Assembly: GCA_963693055.1 (NCBI GenBank)
Contig: OY843751.1
Location: 544,001-608,000, forward strand
Length of the DNA stretch: 64,000 nucleotides
Direction of reading: 5' to 3'
From: a bacterium
Lineage (GTDB): Bacteria > Zhuqueibacterota > Zhuqueibacteria > Residuimicrobiales > Krinioviventaceae
In this document: positions 61,054 to 64,000 of the stretch, one piece after another
Layout of the letters: each line of letters starts with the position of its first letter
How positions within the stretch are numbered: the stretch's first letter is position 1
Made by a program: the position numbers and the translations under genes
Notes under the pieces: model-generated
What the model was told of the DNA's origin: nothing
Databases searched by the model: none
What the model saw: the letters and a program-made list of their open reading frames with translations, nothing else

Positions 61054-61684
61054 ATCGGGTTGCTACAAACGGCGCTTTTTGAAACCAGGTATCATGATGT
61101 AATTGTTCAAGCATAAAATCAGCCAGATCGTATCGATTGACTTTGCCTCCCAGCAGGTCCCAGTCACCCGCCCGGATTCTTCCGGTAGCCGGATCGTCAG
61201 TGATTCTGGGGGTACGGATAGTTGTCCAATCGAGATGTGATTGTGAAAGGACTTCGAATTCTTTTTGCTTTGCTTTGATCATGTGCTTTTTAGAGCTGTT
61301 TGTTAACGTTATGATCATTCTTCGTTTAAAGCTGATCCGATCATTGGGTATCTGCAAAGCACTGTGCGAAATGGTGATGATACGTTTTATGTTGTGTTTG
61401 TCCATGGATTGGATCAGATGCACCATTGCAACCCTGAACAGGTCCGGTTGGTGGGGTGCATTCGTGGGCCCAGCCGTAGACAGTACAGCATCTGCGCCAT
61501 CAACTACCGTTTCAAAAATGTGATCATCGGCAAGCGAGCCATGTATGGCATTGATATTAGCTTGAAGGTCGCCTAATTTCTCGGGTGTACGTGCGAGTAT
61601 GGTAATTTCATGACCGGCGTCTAATGCTTTTCTGACCAAAACTTTGCCAACAAAACCAGTTGCCCCCAGTATTGCGAGCTTCAT
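61052..61684 (-). CDS. NAD(P)H-binding atypical SDR (flavin reductase/BVR-B-like)
   Basis: LGATGFVG, ARTPEKL, LDWTTIR, RYDLADFML. Confidence 0.88.
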   Translation of the reverse strand: MKLAILGATGFVGKVLVRKALDAGHEITILARTPEKLGDLQANINAIHGSLADDHIFETVVDGADAVLSTAGPTNAPHQPDLFRVAMVHLIQSMDKHNIKRIITISHSALQIPNDRISFKRRMIITLTNSSKKHMIKAKQKEFEVLSQSHLDWTTIRTPRITDDPATGRIRAGDWDLLGGKVNRYDLADFMLEQLHHDTWFQKAPFVATR

Positions 61685-61861
61685 GTTACACCCTTTCATG
61701 TTGTTTTGTATCATTTCAATAACATTTTCAGGTGAACAAGTTATTTCATTTATTGTCAATTTGGGAACCTGGATTTTTTTCCTTGAAAATAACTCGTCCC
61801 TTTTCTATATTCTTTTACATATCCTGATAAATCCTCATTTTGTTATACACAAGGAAATATT

Positions 61862-63130
61862 ATGAGCAAATCCAACCGTTTTGACCGAAGACATTTCCTC
61901 AAAAGCACTGCTGCGGCAGCTGCGTTTACAATTGTTCCCCGACGGGTGCTTGGCGGCACTGGTTATACACCTCCCAGTGACGAGCTGACCAAAGCTGTTA
62001 TTGGTGTAGGAGGTATGGGACGCGGACATGTTCGTTATTCTGGCGCCAGACTATTAGCAGTGTGCGATGTGGACAAGAACCATTTAAAGCAAGCCATGGA
62101 GCTGGGCGGTCCTGATGTTAAGGGCTATCATGATTTTAGAGATGTTCTGGCCCGTCCTGATATTGATGTAGTACATATTGCTACTCCGCCGCATTGGCAC
62201 GCGCTCATGTCTATTGCGGCAGCCAAAGCGGGCAAGGATGTATGGTGTGAAAAACCCATGACCCGTACCATTGGCGAGGGGCAAAAAGTTGTTGAAACCA
62301 TCCAAAAATATGACCGCATGTTCCGCATTAACACCTGGTTCCGTTTTGACAGCAACTTGTATCGGTTCAAAGTTCCCGCAAAACCGGTCAAAAAACTGGT
62401 GCAAAGCGGACTTTTGGGCTGGCCCTTAAAGTTTACCGTGAGTGATGCTACCGGATTTGGCTGGAAATTCTATTGGAGCGGCAAAACCCACTATACTCCG
62501 CAATGGGTACCCGAAGAATTGGATTATGATATGTGGCTGGGACCCGCTCCGTACAAACCCTATCATCCACACCGTGTGCATCAAACATTCCGTGGCTATT
62601 GGGATTATGACGGTGGCGGCCTGGGTGATATGGCTCAGCACTATCTTGATCCAGTACAATACTTTTTAGATAAAGATGATACCAGTCCCGTCAAGATTGT
62701 TGTAGATGCACCCCAGGCACACCCCGATGCTTGCGGAAGCTGGCGCAAAATCATCATGACTTATGATGATGGCTGCCAGATTGAACTGGTGGGTGGCGAG
62801 CACAAGGCAAATGTTCCTTATATTGAAGGCCCCAACGGCAAAGTCTACCCCGGATTTAAATCCGATATTCCCGATCTGGAAAAGAAATTGCGAGACTTTC
62901 CGGATCCCGTTCCACAAGAGACAGATTTTTATCAGGCAGTGCGCGAGCGACGTAAATTTGCATTGAACGAGCAGAACGGTCACCGCTCCTGTACCTTGGT
63001 GAATCTGGCAAAAATTGCTGTTCGATTGGGTCGTCCATTGAATTATGATCCTGATCTTCAACAATTTGTGGACGATGAAGAAGCGAACCGGCTGATCCAT
63101 CAGCCCATGCGCGCACCCTGGCACCTGTAG
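61862..63130 (+). CDS. Tat-exported Gfo/Idh/MocA oxidoreductase
   Basis: DRRHFLK; IGVGGMG; ATPPHWH; CEKP; DMWLGPAP; GDMAQH. Confidence 0.93.
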   Translation: MSKSNRFDRRHFLKSTAAAAAFTIVPRRVLGGTGYTPPSDELTKAVIGVGGMGRGHVRYSGARLLAVCDVDKNHLKQAMELGGPDVKGYHDFRDVLARPDIDVVHIATPPHWHALMSIAAAKAGKDVWCEKPMTRTIGEGQKVVETIQKYDRMFRINTWFRFDSNLYRFKVPAKPVKKLVQSGLLGWPLKFTVSDATGFGWKFYWSGKTHYTPQWVPEELDYDMWLGPAPYKPYHPHRVHQTFRGYWDYDGGGLGDMAQHYLDPVQYFLDKDDTSPVKIVVDAPQAHPDACGSWRKIIMTYDDGCQIELVGGEHKANVPYIEGPNGKVYPGFKSDIPDLEKKLRDFPDPVPQETDFYQAVRERRKFALNEQNGHRSCTLVNLAKIAVRLGRPLNYDPDLQQFVDDEEANRLIHQPMRAPWHL

Positions 63131-63145
63131 AATAAAGGACATGTT

Positions 63146-64000
63146 ATGATAAAATTAAAACATCTAATTGTATTATTGATCATTATAACAGTTTTGACTG
63201 GCTGTAATAAAGCCGTTATGCAGGGCGGTTCGCAAACTGCGCAAATTCCCTTGAGGGATTTGCTTGCAACGCTTCCTGCTGATAATTTGACAGAACAGAA
63301 TCTGATTATGGATGCTATTCTGGACTATGGTGAACCCGGCATTCTGGCTGTGTGTGATCAACTGGCATCTGCGGATACGTTGAAAAGTGTTTCTGCACAT
63401 TATGCTATTGATGGTTTGACACAGTATGTTTCTAAGAACAGACCTGCGCAGAACCGCTTGTACATCCGGGCATTGCACAAGGTGTTAACGAATAGTACAG
63501 ATCTTCCTGTTGTTGTTAAAGTATTTATTATTAAACAAATACAATACACGGGTGGTTCTGAATCTATCGCCTTGTTAAAGGGATTTCTGGCAGATCCGGA
63601 ACTGGTGGATGGAACGGTCCGTGCATTAATAGCAATTGGCGGTCCCGAAGCCGGAAATGCGTTATTGTCCGAATTGGATAATGTGGCCAAGCCCCAAAAA
63701 CAGTTTGTCATTCAAGCCCTGGGTGAACTGGATTATACACCTTCCGCTGTGCAATTGCTGAAATATACAGAAGATAAAGATTTGCGTGATGCGTCTTTGA
63801 ATGCACTTGCTCAAATGGGTGTAAAGTTGGCAGTTCCGCAGGTAAAATCTCTGGCGGCTGAGGATGCAGAGTATACTGATCTGTACCTGAGGTTGGCCAG
63901 CGGATTGGCAGAGCATAAAGATGTTGATGGCTGTGTTGCTATATGCCGAGAGCTGTTGGATGGTGATACTCCCGAATATTACAAGATTGCCGCGTTGGAT
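63146..64000 (+). CDS. HEAT-repeat lipoprotein (3'-truncated; missing from ORF track because no stop in window)
   Basis: My translation from ATG 63146: MIKLKHLIVLLIIITVLTGC lipobox, then helical repeats (YAIDGLTQY, RALIAIGG, IQALGEL, LNALAQMG) open to window end. Confidence 0.75.
   Translation, partial: MIKLKHLIVLLIIITVLTGCNKAVMQGGSQTAQIPLRDLLATLPADNLTEQNLIMDAILDYGEPGILAVCDQLASADTLKSVSAHYAIDGLTQYVSKNRPAQNRLYIRALHKVLTNSTDLPVVVKVFIIKQIQYTGGSESIALLKGFLADPELVDGTVRALIAIGGPEAGNALLSELDNVAKPQKQFVIQALGELDYTPSAVQLLKYTEDKDLRDASLNALAQMGVKLAVPQVKSLAAEDAEYTDLYLRLASGLAEHKDVDGCVAICRELLDGDTPEYYKIAALD

Noticed and set aside
1-64000. CRISPR arrays, tRNA/rRNA, prophage or defence systems
   Set aside because: No regularly spaced repeats, structural RNA signatures, or phage/defence protein motifs were seen.

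Overview
AT-rich bacterial chromosomal window, densely coding, with no rRNA, tRNA, CRISPR or prophage visible. TonB-dependent receptors with carboxypeptidase-like N-domains, a PorV-like barrel, an 'NYPNPFNP' C-terminal domain, Tat-exported sulfatases and large PAS kinases suggest an FCB-group lineage such as KSB1/Calditrichota (inference). Contents: three large orphan PAS/GAF histidine kinases; perR-bfr and gpx-ohrR oxidative-stress modules; SulP; a DtxR regulator / His-rich RAPP-ending membrane ORF / TonB-receptor metal-uptake operon; a PL10-type pectate lyase; two paralogous GNAT-like genes; one intact IS5-family element; sulfatases (one frameshifted) and glycoside hydrolases; a TonB receptor / Fn3 protein / PorV-like / CTD-protein operon with a LacI-type operator; an ALDH/Fe-ADH/HAD/GATase/MFS catabolic operon; YgiQ radical SAM; two sigma28-promoter genes; and a URO-D-family gene. 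Best candidates for undescribed biology: (1) a putative histidine-based, ribosome-arrest (RAPP) metal-sensing leader between DtxR and a TonB receptor, (2) the SusD-less TBDR-PorV-CTD uptake locus, and (3) a gamma-glutamylation-like catabolic operon that lacks its glutamylase but carries a phosphatase and an organophosphate-type transporter. All family calls come from motif recognition by eye; no database search was run.
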